A DNA stretch of 64,000 nucleotides from Antedon mediterranea. Taxonomy: Eukaryota > Animalia > Echinodermata. Positions 15,001-27,900 of the stretch are shown piece by piece. The notes beneath the pieces were generated by a model, which saw nothing but the letters and a program-made list of their open reading frames with translations, did no database searches and was not told the origin of the DNA. The number at the start of each line of letters is the position of its first letter. The stretch's first letter is position 1. The DNA lies in contig NC_092670.1 in assembly GCF_964355755.1 (NCBI RefSeq), forward strand, positions 3,214,201-3,278,200, given 5' to 3'. A program made the position numbers and the translations under genes.

Positions 15001-18000
15001 TTAGAGGGGTCCTACTAAACACCACCAGATACCACCAGATACCTACCAGAGCAACAAATCCTACCACCAGGGAGCAGCCACCTGTTTGGGATTGATTATT
15101 AATGGTATATTACAATTTAGAAACTGATAAAATTGAATTAAAAGTGTTTTTCTCGCCGTCGCAACTTCATAACAGCAATGAAACGAACTATTACAGACAG
15201 ATAATTAAACACTTATTTAACCTACTTATTTAAAATAGTTTGCTTTCAAATAAACCCCCTGCTCATGCCACTGCACCTTTAACTTTGCTTGTCAATGTAA
15301 TGTCTGTAATGAATGTTTCATAATACTATGCCAGAATGATCTGTGTGTCTTAACGCTTTTATTCCCCTACTTATTTAAAATGTTCTGTTTTCAAATAAAC
15401 ACCCTCCGCTACTGCAACTTAAACTGTGTTTGTCAATTTAATGTCTATCACCTGCTAGATTTCAATGTCAATGTCAAGTATCAAAACTCTATAAATAACA
15501 ATTATATATCACAACTTACTATTCTTGTGATCAATTACTTCAGTGCTGACATCTAAATGAACTCCTTTTTTTTCACATTCTGTGATCATGTCATTTTTTA
15601 CATCATCTGGTAGATTGCAATTCTTCATGTCAAGCACCTCCAGCTCAGGAGTCATATTCAACAAAGAACCCAGTAAAGTACCATCAATGTTATGAAGATC
15701 ATTACCAGGGATATCAAGCCTTTCCAATGCTAATTGAAGTCCCTTATCTGAAAGCTTTTTGATCATGTCGTTCATTACATCACCGGATAGCTTGCAATTC
15801 CACATGTATAGCTTTCTCAGCTTAGGAGACATGATCAATAAGAAACCCAGTAAAGTACCATCAATGTTGTCAAGTTTGTTTTCAGAGATATCAAGCTCAA
15901 CTAATTGAACATGTTTATCTGAACACTCTTTAATCATGGGATTCATTATGTGACCTGGTAGGTTGCAATTACTCATGTTAAGACTCCACAGCTTAGGAGA
16001 CATAGTCATTAAAGAACCCAGTAAAGTGCCATCAATGTTGACGAGATTATTACAAGAGATATCTAGCCAACCCACAGCTAATTGAAATCGTTTATCTAAA
16101 CACTCTTTAATCATGTTATTCATTATGTCACTGGATAGATTGCAACTCCGCATGTAAAGCCAACTCAGCTTAGGAGACATAATCATTAAAGAACCCAGTA
16201 AGGTACCGTTAATGTTTTGTAGCTTACTATCGGAGATATTGAGCGAATCTAATGTTAATTGAAATTGTTTAGCTGAACACTCTTTAACCATGTCATTCAT
16301 TACGTCACCTGTGAGATCCTTAATCGTCACTTTGTTACATTTAGCTTCAATGCCTAAAATGTGTGCAATAATTTTTCCCTTGCACTCCCGAGCCATCTTG
16401 CTACAAAATGTATCCAAACTGTTACGCCTAGTAGAAGTCGCTTCTTTCATGCGATAAAGTTTCATAATGAGATGTATAAAATTGCCATCACATTGCCTTG
16501 TTTCTGAATCTTGGCCTCGTAGCTGTATGTGATCAATAAACATTTTTACAGAAGTAGACATATCATTCATATGCTTTGTTATTTCTACATACCGGTAGTT
16601 GCTTGTTATGCGATTAGTTAATGCATTTACCACAGCATCGTAATGTTGTTGTTTAACCAAGTTTAAATTACTCGGCAGAGAGCGACTTAAAGTTGATAAG
16701 TTATCTGTAATCCAATGCCATAGAAATTTAGCAGCGTTATCACCGAGAAAACCAATTGAAAACTCTCTTGCCATCTTTAAATACTCATTCTCTTTTATTA
16801 CTTTCCATTCTTTATCATCCAATGGTTGTCTTGCATCTTCTGTCAGTTCATTTTCTTTACCTCCACTTTCACATACATTGTATAAGTAAAATCCTACCAA
16901 TGACTCTACTATCAACTTGTGAGGAGACTTGAAAATGATTTTGAAGTTAGATTTTCCAATAGGTGTATCTTCATATACAAACCCCAGCTTTAGGGCCAGG
17001 TCAACCATATCTGTGTTAGCTTTCAAATCTTCTTTGTTTATTGAAAGTTGATTTTCTTTCAAGCTTCTGTACATACATTTCCCTAATAAAATCATAGCAT
17101 TTACATATTTTTCTGGAATATCTTTGAATTCAGAAAACTTTCGGAATTGTCCTTGTTTGTTAAATTGGTTCAAAATACTACGAAAGATTTCTTTAAAAAG
17201 TTCAGTCTTATCTTCAGGAAGACTTTGACGATCCTCCCATAGAATACAGATTGAAAGAAGTAACATGGGATTTTCACACATTAAATATGCTTCTGGATGT
17301 TTTCTCCCAGGCCAATAATCTGTGCCAACATCTAATTCCCTTTTAAGAGATTCTCCCAATTGCGGGTTTCCAAAATTCTTAAAGTGTTTGTCAATATAAT
17401 TTCCTATGCTCTTGTCGTTAAATCCCTTAACTCTTACATGTACATTACATTCTGCAATGAATTCATCTATGTTTTCTAATCGTGAAGTTAGTATCACAGT
17501 ACTTTCCTCAAAGGATTGCCTTCTGAAAAGACTAATTACGCTTTCATTGTTAAATCTCAATTCATCTAGTCCATCAAGTAGCAGCACAATTTTATTTTCA
17601 TGGTTTAATAGAAAATCTTGAATAACTGCTGAATCTTTTGGAAGTTTTGTACGCCTGCTGAAATCCTTAATATCCTGTTGCTTCACAATCAGATCAAAGA
17701 TGTCGTCACCTTCGTCTAGATCCCTTACACTTAAAAGAAATACAAGTTTACCTTCAAATACTTTAAATGAATCGCCAGTTGCCCAGTTGTATGATAGATA
17801 CTTTAATATGGTAGTTTTACCTATCCCACCCTCTCCATCTATAAGAGCTCTACATCCAGGTGTGGATTTAATAACATCTACCACTTCTGTTAACGTTATT
17901 GGTTTGAAGTCTTCATTCTTGTTAGGTTCTTTGCGTAGTTTCAAATCAGTGAACATTTTCGAAATGTCAACATTGTATTTGGCACGCATTGTTGCTGGTG

Positions 18001-21000
18001 TAAATGTGGCCTTACTGTACAATTTCTTTTGTCTTTGAAGCAGATATTCTTCTATCTTTTCTAAATTAAAACAAAGTTATTTAGTTAAAAATCATGTATT
18101 TTATCATATTTAATAAAACATTACATTGATGATGTATTGTATATTTTATTTTAGTTTTTAGAATTTATACCAAGTAAGCATAAAATTTCACAAAATACAG
18201 ATGAATGTTAATCTGACAATTGTTTGATTTTTTTTCCATGTTACAGAAGTTTAGATTGTTATGTTAATTATTGAAACTTTTAAATTACCTAGACTTTCTC
18301 CAAGTCTGTAATAAAATTGTCTTTTTTTATGTTAGTCTACCAGTCGGTGTTCGATTTTTTTTATTATTATATGAAACGCCACGGGCCAAATATTTAAAAT
18401 AAAACACAGTGTAGAACCTAGACTATAAATCACCCAGTGCGTAGTTCATTGAGTTTTTATCTTCCACTTGGATTTGTAATGCAATAATAAATTTAATGTA
18501 TAGGGGGCGACAAACACAATTTATAATTATTCAAAACGGAAGTTTCAATTGAACAACAGTTCATGAGTGAGTCATATGGCCGAGCGGTTAAGGCAGGGGC
18601 GCCGTTTACCGTACCTAAAGAGCCGGCCAACAACAACATCGGCAAGGGTTCGAGGCCGACTCGCTCCTAGTTCTGGTGGTGGAACAAGTCTTCTCGGATA
18701 AGGACTATAAACCGTAGGTCCAGTGTACACAGTTATAACCTGTGTGTACTTTAAAGAAACCCAGTTAATTATTCGAAAAAGAGTAGGGGGTTACCCCGGT
18801 GAACTGGTTCACACAATAGCCCCTGTATCAGGGGGATTACCACCTATCTGATAGGACAGTGATTAATTCACTATTGGTAATCCTTGGCCACATTGCCTAA
18901 AGACATAAAATAAATAAATAAATAAACAGAAAAATAGCAAACATAAAAATCTTTGTGGTATCGTAAAATTAAGCCAAAACCTTATGTGAAAGTGCTATTA
19001 TATTTCTGTACTTGTAACAACGTGAGCATATTGACCAAAATATACTGGGGTCCATGGGGCTAAAAGTGCCTTTTATGATGTTCTAAGAGATTTCATAGGT
19101 GTGAAAGACCCTTTAAAGACCGTTGAAGGACCATTTATACAAATCCCAAAATAATTTTATAGCAAAAATATCGCAGTATTGCCTAAAAATCAGTAATATT
19201 ATATAAGTACTGTATAGCACAGTAGTAGTAACAAGAAATATTTCTTACAAAAAACACTGCTCGCTTATTGACGTAACAGTTTTAAAGATATATTGTCCCT
19301 CTGAAAAATATTTTTTATTTCAAATTTGTTTTTGAATGTGTCATTTTGTTGTCACATGATAGTATTTTACCTGAACAAAATGTAATTTAAAGCAAAAAAT
19401 ACTTCAGTTGTCTGTCAGACAATGGTTTTTGAGTTATAATTAAACGTTTCTTTTCTCTTTTTATAATGTGAATTTTGTTACAGAAGTGAATAACTTTGAT
19501 ATGAAACAGACTCAATTTAGTTTATTTTATTGCTAAGGTCAAATCTGTTTTGATGTTCTTACCTCATTCCCAAACATGGTGGGGTGAGGTGTGATAAACT
19601 TTCAATACCTTAAATTCGTTGGTACAGCTGTGTACAAGTAGTTAAGATTTTAGGCCTTCAGATAAAAAGTTTTGCGGAACACTAGTTTAATAGATAGTAT
19701 AGCATCTGATGTAACCTACTGTAGCTAACCTAAATCTAGCGCCATGACAATTATTAGTTACACTAACCTGTATCTGATTTAACCTCTTTTTGCATTTCTT
19801 GTTCTTGGTTTCTAGATTTTGGCACTTCTACTAAAAATAATTAAAACAAGAAAACAAAATAATCTGAATTTATAATGATATTGTGATTACATTCAGCAGA
19901 ACTATATTTCCGTAATAATTACGCATGGTTTTATTTATTTTATTTTTAAAATTTTATTCAATCGAAACCAACAGCGATAATTACCGCCACTAACAGGTTT
20001 GATTCAAACAAAGCCAGGACTGTTTAAAGCACCTTGATTGGTCCTAACATTGATCAAGGGCTTCTCTTGTCCGTGTCAATCTTGACCAGAGGAAAGGCAT
20101 GGGCCAATACGTCTGAGGCAGATGCCAAATGCAGGGGCTGCCATAAGAGTTAACAATGCTGATTTCAAATGCCTAACGGGACCCCAACTCCATATACAGC
20201 ACCAGATATTCTCAGATGGTCTTCCTTCCCCAAGCTCTAACCAGGCCCAACGTTGCAATTAACTTCGGTGATCTGACGAGAACCAGTGTTTCAACGTGGT
20301 AAAGCCGTATTGAGTCAAATTGAAATAAATGCAGAGAAAAATATTTGCTGTAAAGATTTTCAGTGGAAGATTTCAAAATGTTGACCATTCCAATCGTTGC
20401 AGAACCCACAGGAAAAAACATTCCTTCACAATGAATTACCACATTTAAACGGACGCATTGTTTACAAAACAATGAAACATCTGACTTTTTTTATATCTTA
20501 CCATAAAATGATCACATTTCAAAGTTTACACACAATTTATTCAATTAAATTGTTACTAAGTAATGTATGGCAATGTTATTGTTTATAAATATTTTTATAA
20601 TTAAGCCTTCTCCTTGGCACCACCCCCACCCCACCCCCTTCTCTGATTGCATTTTTAATGACCTTATTACTAAATTGTTTTCTATTACGATTAGGGGTAA
20701 AAAGTTATTGATTGATTGGTTCACACCGGAAACATTTTGTTAAATAATGGTTAGAATTAAACAGTGCCGGCTTCCATTGTGTGAGACTGAAAATGGAGTT
20801 TTAATGTGAGTGTCAGTGTTCATTGTTTAGTTTATAAGAATTATAATTCACATGTTTTCATTGTTCAGTATAGATATTCTATAGACATATGTAGAATTTT
20901 TGAGTTATAATTAAACGTTTCTTTTCTCTTTTTATAATGTGAATTTTGTAACAGAAGTGAATAACTTTGATATGAAACACAGACTCAATTTAGTTTATTT

Positions 21001-24000
21001 TATTGCTAAGGTCAAATCTGTTTTGATGTTCTTACCTCATTCCCAAACATGGTGGGGTGAGGTGTGATAAACTTTCAATACCTTCAATTCGTTGGTACAG
21101 CTGTGTACAAGTAGTTAAGATTTTAGGCCTTCAGATAAAAAGTTTTGCGGAACACTAGTTTAATAGATAGTATAGCATCTGATGTAACCTACTGTAGCTA
21201 ACCTAAATCTAGCGCCATGGCAATTATTAGTTACACTAACCTGTATCTGATTTAACCTCTTTTTGCATTTCTTGTTCTTGGTTACTAGATTTTGGCACTT
21301 CTACTAAAAATAATTAAAACAAGAAAACAAAATAATCTGAATTTATAATGATATTGGTGTTCAATTTCAACGAAATGTAATTCCGATAAGTTTACATTAA
21401 GCAGAACTATATTTCCGTAATAATTACGCATGGTTTTATTTATTTTATTATATTTAAGCTCTAGTCTAACCAGGTCCAATGTTGCTTAACTTCGGTGATC
21501 TGACGAGAACCAGTGTTTCAACGTGATAAAGCCGTATTGAGTCAAATTGAAATAAATGCAGAGAAAAATATTTGCTGTAAAGATTTTCAGTGGAAGATTT
21601 CAAAATGTTGACCATTCCAATCGTTGCAGAACCCACAGGAAAAAACATTCCTTCACAATGAATTACCACACTTAAATGGACACATTGTTTACAATACATT
21701 GAAACATCTGACTTTTTTTTTTTATCTTACCATAAAATGATCACTTTTCAAAGTTTACACACAATTTATTCATTTTTAATTTTTTTCATTTCTTTATTCG
21801 AATTCATAAAATAACACAACATAAACAATACAAAGAATGAATTCAGGGTAACACAAAAAAGTAACCAAAGGTCAAACTTATTTCCATTGTGGCCCTTAAG
21901 GATAAAAATACCATAAGAATAAACATTTACAATAAACAATAACACATGTAGTAACAATATAAATATAAATTATAATCTTTCAAGCATAACCTCTTTGAGA
22001 TGTTTATAACCTCTTTGAGGTCCAATCCAATTGTGGATATTAGGATAAATTGTTACTAGTAATGTATGGCAATTTTATAGTTATATATTATATATATATT
22101 ATATTTAAATATTTTTATAATTAAGCTTTCTCCTTGGCACCACCCCCACCCCACCCCCTTCTCTGATTGCATTTTTAATTACCTTATTACTAAATTGTTT
22201 TCCATTACGATTAGGAGTAAAAAGTTATTGATTGATTAGTTCACACCGGAAGCATTTTGTTAAATAATGGTTAGAATTGAACAGTGCCGGCTTCCATTGT
22301 GTGAGACTGAAAATGGAGTTTTAATGTGAATGTTCATTGTTTAGTTTATAAGAATTATAATTCACATGTTTTCATTGTTCAGTATAGATATTCTATAGAC
22401 ATATGTAGAATTATGAACATTATTTAAGCTTGTGTCAAATTGCAATAGTGTAACATATAAACATACTGTACGCTAGTTAGGCTGGCGTTGTCAGTTGGTT
22501 GAATTAGTTGTTTTTCTTTTTATACCTAAATTTAAAAGTCAAAGATTCAGGATGTCACCCATACCCACTTTAGTCCAATTTTTAAATAAACATCATAGGT
22601 CAATTTTATAAGCGTTATTCTCAAATTGGATTTTAGGTTAGAGTATAACAAATAATTAATTTTATATAAGCTTTAAATAAATAATCAACTATATTTTTGT
22701 GCAATAGGATCTTACAATAGACTATTTTTGTTTTTTTGTAATATTATTTTTATATGGTTTTTGTTGCTGCTCAATATTGTCTTGATTTTCCTGGTTCTGC
22801 CCATAATGTTTTAATGTTATATATTTTAGTATGTACACACAATGCTTTCAGCTTTTGCTGCTTTTTGTATTACATTTTTATACTGTAATAAATAAATACA
22901 TTTTTTTTAGTAGAATCCATTAATAAAAATTGGGGAAAACCCTGTATTTTTGCATAAAATGCAGTTTGTGACCTTCAGTTAGATCAAAATAATGTATACC
23001 AATGCCATTAAATAAGTGCAATATTTAACCCTAACCCTAACACAATGTAGGATTACAGAATATTCATTTTTTGGAAAAAAAGAAACAAACATACTTTCTG
23101 TATTGCTTGATGATCCAGCTCCACTTCTTGATTGTTCACCTAAAAAGAAAGTATTTTAGTACAGTATTACAACATCCATGTTATTGATTACTATCCATTT
23201 CGATAATTTTTTTCCCTCAAACCATTCTATACTACAGAACTATATCATTTATTTCTGCTGTATTTGTGAATGAGCTAATTATACTGCTTTGGTTTACCTT
23301 TTAGTGTTGTCAATGCCTCGACTTCTTTCGTCATCTTCATATCTGTAAGCAGTTCAATGAATTTGTCCATCTCATTTCCTTCTGCAAGTGTGCCTTTCAT
23401 TTCTAATTTTAAGATTAACCAAAACGGATCCGTTTTGTCACTGACTTTAATGTCTTTAAGGTGGCCAATTCTGAAAATGTTGTCTGTATTCAATTTCTGA
23501 CCAAACGCTATCAATTTTCTTCGATGCTCTGAAAAATGTTTGAATGGAATGCATTTGAAGTTTGGTAATTTCACAGTTTTCGCAATCACATCTTGAACAC
23601 CCTGAAGTCCGCATATATTAGTGGCTTCAACAAGAATACCAATGTCTGCCGGTTTGAGAAGTCCAGATCCCTTAAGTAGACCAAGCAGATCATAGGGTGT
23701 ATTTCCACTCTCTATTTTGTTCAAAGTAATGGTTGTATCACGATACGTGAACTCGCTTAGTAACACTCTCAGCATGTCAATGTTTCCATGTTCCTTCCAC
23801 CAGTCTGATACCTCTGTGAGCAGTTCATTGTAATCGTCCTCTTTCAATTCTAATAATTAAATAACGTAATTAAGTTTTTTAAGCTTTAAAAAGTAAAAAC
23901 TGATACTCTTTGTGTTTTGTAGGCCGATGTAATTGTTTTCTACTAAGAATTCAATATCTGAATAAATAAATATTTTACGATGCCTATCTAATCTCTAATT

Positions 24001-24450
24001 TTCATAATTCTCTTAACCTCATTTCCTTTCAGTTGTAAACCATGCATTAATTTAATAAGCAAAAATATGTTTACATGACTTCTGAACCTCTCATTTGTGA
24101 CTTACATTTACTCTGTATTTTTAATTGTACAAATAATAAGGCACACCCAGCTGTTTGAGGAATTTCTTACAGTTTATACTTGGATGTATGTGGCTGAGAG
24201 AGATCACACCAGGTTGGATCATTATCTTTAAAAGCAGACCTCTGGTAATAACACTTTTTCAAAATTTGGAACAGTATTATGGAATGTTCTCACCTCTAAA
24301 ATCCAGGAACAAACCTCTGTTAATTTAGCAAAGCCCTTAAAAACGCATCTGTTTGCTAATAAGTAACTCTATTGCTATAATTGAAATAATAATAATGAAA
24401 AAAATCACTTAAAATTTGAAAAAAAGAAAGTGATTTTCACCTGCTTCCAT
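1..24450 (-). CDS. Multi-exon NLR gene, 3'-incomplete: tandem DED - NACHT - LRR - microexon linker - tandem DED. Coding exons: 24450-24441, 23849-23298, 23139-23095, 21300-21241, 19827-19768, 18060-15520, 14759-14703, 14168-14118, 13947-13903, 13046-13002, 12517-12473, 10665-10618, 10156-10118, 9773-9708, 2114-2073, 1713-1669, 1214-690, 30-<1
   Basis: All internal exons have AG/GT boundaries, are phase 1-1 and join without stops. The probable start is GCAACATGGAAGCAG|gt, with an in-frame TGA just upstream. Inclusion of individual microexons is not proven. Confidence 0.75.
690..1214 (-). CDS. Divergent tandem DED-like exon downstream of the LRRs
   Basis: 525 bp, phase 1-1 (atag|ACATT...AAAG|gtattg). 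Paralogous to 23298-23849: SEWY...LKLLY, LTPHRLMLIEFGDSL, WHLIMDLEEK. Confidence 0.75.
1669..13947 (-). CDS. Array of eight paralogous phase-1 microexons (45, 45, 45, 48, 39, 66, 42, 45 bp) encoding (S/G)KRSRSEAGPSSNAE-like peptides
   Basis: At 13903-13947, 13002-13046, 12473-12517, 10618-10665, 10118-10156, 9708-9773, 2073-2114 and 1669-1713. Each reads yag|GT...GAAA|gtatgt; all lengths are multiples of 3. Confidence 0.8.
2399..4791. mobile_element. Foldback-type non-autonomous DNA transposon with ~840-bp inverted arms
   Basis: 2399-3243 is the imperfect reverse complement of ~3970-4791; termini ta-CTCTAGT...ACTAGAG-ta; absent from the paralogous segment near 10950. Confidence 0.85.
6100..7780 (+). 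pseudogene. Second transposon gene: PHD finger plus a region resembling the P-transposase C-terminal domain, interrupted by stops
   Basis: CICNC...IACNGKDCEVRWFHTNC...WKC (PHD, last Cys lost); intron 6433-6763. ORFs 6836-7294 and 7376-7780 share a frame and are split by one TAG; motifs LRYMAGYI and WITKINRGGL. Confidence 0.7.
6444..6463. mobile_element. P-type excision footprint (fused TIR tips)
   Basis: CATGGAGGTATACCTCCATG flanked by the 7-bp direct repeat GTATTAA. Confidence 0.8.
7889..8173 (-). pseudogene. Last exon of a P-element/THAP9-like transposase (catalytic Glu region), frameshifted
   Basis: Manual translation gives DYVLSEKLNQDPLEEYFSKQRGCGGRNENPTVHQF, the QDxLExxF...GGxNxNPT signature. 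There are two frameshifts, and no upstream transposase exons are recognisable. Confidence 0.85.
10905..11498. mobile_element. Kolobok-like MITE
   Basis: TTAA on both sides, termini AG...CT, TIR AGACA(A/C)TAGA(T/C)CT. Decayed relatives lie at ~13270-13705 and ~63700-63790. Confidence 0.65.
15520..18060 (-). CDS. Single 2541-bp exon encoding NACHT NTPase, helical/winged-helix region and LRRs
   Basis: Walker A GEGGIGKTT, Walker B IVLLLDGLDE, sensor-1 VILTSR, NPMLL and HKLIVESLVG motifs, then ~59-aa LRR pairs. Acceptor ttag|AA at 18061; donor AATA|gtaagt at 15519, which lies before the ORF-track stop. Confidence 0.95.
18564..18925 (+). mobile_element. tRNA-derived SINE with a Deu-like central domain
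   Basis: A box TGGCCGAGCGG, B box GGTTCGAGGCC, Deu-like TCGGATAAGGACTATAAACCGTAGGTCC...AAGAGTAGGGGGTTACCCCGGTG, and a (TAAA)n tail. Confidence 0.8.
19426..22410. repeat. Tandem duplication of a ~1.5-kb intron/exon unit (19426-20897 and 20898-22410) that duplicates a 60-bp coding exon
   Basis: Near-identical blocks starting TTTTTGAGTTATAATTAAACG; exon copies at 19768-19827 and 21241-21300. Confidence 0.9.
19955..20310 (-). mobile_element. 5S rRNA-derived SINE (SINE3-like); truncated second copy at ~21466-21538
   Basis: The minus strand of 20195-20310 resembles 5S rRNA (TACCACGTTGAAACACTGGTTCTCGTCAGATCACCGAAGTTAA...GGGCCTGGTTAG). It is diverged and followed by ~240 bp of body ending in AATAAA/A-rich sequence. 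Confidence 0.75.
23298..23849 (-). CDS. Tandem death-effector-domain-like (DED-DED) exon, N-terminal module of the NLR
   Basis: 552 bp, phase 1-1. Two ~85-aa helical repeats (DYNELLTEVSDWW...DLLGLLKGSGLL; FSEHRRKLIAFGQKL...LILKLEMKGTL) with a caspase-8/FLIP-like tandem DED pattern judged by eye. Confidence 0.75.
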
Positions 24451-24944
24451 GTTGCAAATTCAATTTTCTATCTTCATTTCTGAAAAGTGAATGGATTTTG
24501 TTTAATGTATTTGTTTATTTATCTACACTAAACAAATAAAAATGCTACATAAACCTCTAGTTCGACAGTGCATCACACGCACTACTATCGCACCATACGA
24601 TTTACCTTGCAATGATTTATCAACTAACATATATGGTTATAGCGGCCTCTAAAATATAATTTTAACCATGAGACCTTTACTTAGAAAGAATCTGTAAAGT
24701 CCTAGCTGTCAGTCCATCTCCGAAAATAGCTGTGTTTGATTTATTTCAATAATGAAATATAAATTTTTATATTCTTCTACCTATTTAGCAGGTTTTTTAT
24801 ACAACGGGTTACTACCAAATTTAAATTTATTATGATATCCAATCCTATATTTTTTTATATTTTGATAAATATATAAAATAAAGATAATGCAATAAAGATG
24901 ATTATGTATAATAAAGTAAAAGTTTTTCTCTGATATGACAAATT

Positions 24945-27900
24945 TTGAATTACAGCGTAAAATGGCTTGCCTTACTTTGTATTGAATTACAGCGTAAAAT
25001 GGCTTGCCTTACTTTGTATTGAATTACAGCGTAAAATGGCTTGCCTTACTTTGTATTGAATTACAGCGTAAAATGGCTTGCCTTACTTTGTATTGAATTA
25101 CAGCGTAAAATGGCTGCCTTACTTTGTATTGAATTACAGCGTAAAATGGCTTGCCTTACTTTGTATTGAATTACAGCGTAAAATGGCTTGCCTTACTTTG
25201 TATTGAATTACAGCGTAAAATGGCTTGCCTTACTTTGTATTGAATTACAGCGTAAAATGGCTTGCCTTACTTTGTATTGAATTACAGCGTAAAATGGCTT
25301 GCCTTACTTTGTATTGAATTACAGCGTAAAATGGCTTGCCTTACTTTGTATTGAATTACAGCGTAAAATGGCTGCCTTACTTTGTATTGAATTACAGCGT
25401 AAAATGGCTTGCCTTACTTTGTATTGAATTACAGCGTAAAATGGCTTGCCTTACTTTGTATTGAATTACAGCGTAAAATGGCTTGCCTTACTTTGTATTG
25501 AATTACAGCGTAAAATGGCTTGCCTTACTTTGTATTGAATTACAGCGTAAAATGGCTGCCTTACTTTGTATTGAATTACAGCGTAAAATGGCTTGCCTTA
25601 CTTTGTATTGAATTACAGCGTAAAATGGCTTGCCTTACTTTGTATTGAATTACAGCGTAAAATGGCTTGCCTTACTTTGTATTGAATTACAGCGTAAAAT
25701 GGCTGCCTTACTTTGTATTGAATTACAGCGTAAAATGGCTTGCCTTACTTTGTATTGAATTACAGCGTAAAATGGCTTGCCTTACTTTGTATTGAATTAC
25801 AGCGTAAAATGGCTTGCCTTACTTTGTATTGAATTACAGAGTAAAATGGCTGCCTTACTTTGTATTGAATTACAGCGTAAAATGGCTTGCCTTACTTTAT
25901 ATTGAATTACAGCGTAAAATGGCTGCCTTACTTTGTATTGAATTACAGCGTAAAATGGCTGCCTTACTTTGTATTGAATTACAGCGTAAAATGGCTTGCC
26001 TTACTTTGTATTGAATTACAGAGTAAAATGGCTGCCTTACTTTGTATTGAATTACAGCGTAAAATGGCTGCCTTACTTTGTATTGAATTACAGCGTAAAA
26101 TGGCTTGCCTTACTTTATATTGAATTACAGCGTAAAATGGCTTGCCTTACTTTATATTGAATTACAGCGTAAAATGGTGCCTTACTTTGTATTGAATTAC
26201 AGCGTAAAATGGCTTGCCTTACTTTGTATTGAATTACAGCGTAAAATGGCTTGCCTTACTTTGTATTGAATTACAGAGTAAAATGGCTTGCCTTACTTTG
26301 TATTGAATTACAGCGTAAAATGGCTTGCCTTACTTTGTATTGAATTACAGCGTAAAATGGCTGCCTTACTTTGTATTGAATTACAGCGTAAAATGGCTGC
26401 CTTACTTTGTATTGAATTACAGCGTAAAATGGCTTGCCTTACTTTATATTGAATTACAGCGTAAAATGGCTGCCTTACTTTGTATTGAATTACAGCGTAA
26501 AATGGCTTGCCTTACTTTGTATTGAATTACAGCGTAAAATGGCTGCCTTACTTTGTATTGAATTACAGCGTAAAATGGCTTGCCTTACTTTGTATTGAAT
26601 TACAGCGTAAAATGGCTTGCCTTACTTTGTATTGAATTACAGCGTAAAATGGCTTGCCTTACTTTGTATTGAATTACAGAGTAAAATGGCTTGCCTTACT
26701 TTGTATTGAATTACAGCGTAAAATGGCTTGCCTTACTTTGTATTGAATTACAGCGTAAAATGGCTGCCTTACTTTGTATTGAATTACAGCGTAAAATGGC
26801 TGCCTTACTTTGTATTGAATTACAGCGTAAAATGGCTTGCCTTACTTTGTATTGAATTACAGAGTAAAATGGCTTGCCTTACTTTGTATTGAATTACAGA
26901 GTAAAATGGCTTGCCTTACTTTGTATTGAATTACAGCGTAAAATGGCTTGCCTTACTTTGTATTGAATTACAGCGTAAAATGGCTTGCCTTACTTTGTAT
27001 TGAATTACAGCGTAAAATGGCTTGCCTTACTTTGTATTGAATTACAGCGTAAAATGGCTTGCCTTACTTTGTATTGAATTACAGCGTAAAATGGCTTGCC
27101 TTACTTTGTATTGAATTACAGCGTAAAATGGCTTGCCTTACTTTGTATTGAATTACAGCGTAAAATGGCTTGCCTTACTTTGTATTGAATTACAGCGTAA
27201 AATGGCTTGCCTTACTTTGTATTGAATTACAGCGTAAAATGGCTTGCCTTACTTTGTATTGAATTACAGCGTAAAATGGCTTGCCTTACTTTGTATTGAA
27301 TTACAGCGTAAAATGGCTTGCCTTACTTTGTATTGAATTACAGCGTAAAATGGCTTGCCTTACTTTGTATTGAATTACAGCGTAAAATGGCTTGCCTTAC
27401 TTTGTATTGAATTACAGTGTAAAATGGCTTGCCTTACTTTGTATTGAATTACAGCTAAAATGGCTTGCCTTACTTTGTATTGAATTACAGCGTAAAATGG
27501 CTTGCCTTACTTTGTATTGAATTACAGCGTAAAATGGCTTGCCTTACTTTGTATTGAATTACAGCGTAAAATGGCTGCCTTACTTTGTATTGAATTACAG
27601 CGTAAAATGGCTTGCCTTACTTTGTATTGAATTACAGCGTAAAATGGCTTGCCTTACTTTGTATTGAATTACAGCGTAAAATGGCTTGCCTTACTTTGTA
27701 TTGAATTACAGCGTAAAATGGCTTGCCTTACTTTGTATTGAATTACAGCGTAAAATGGCTTGCCTTACTTTGTATTGAATTACAGCGTAAAATGGCTTGC
27801 CTTACTTTGTATTGAATTACAGCGTAAAATGGCTTGCCTTACTTTGTATTGAATTACAGCGTAAAATGGCTTGCCTTACTTTGTATTGAATTACAGCGTA

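Noticed and set aside
17406-18038. Plus-strand ORFs overlapping NACHT (similar ones at 49313, 53654, 54866, 57260, 58677)
   Set aside because: Antisense shadows of real minus-strand exons with no recognisable motifs.
20195-20310. Functional 5S rRNA gene
   Set aside because: Diverged 3' half and internal promoter region, no oligo-T terminator directly after it, continues into a SINE-like body.
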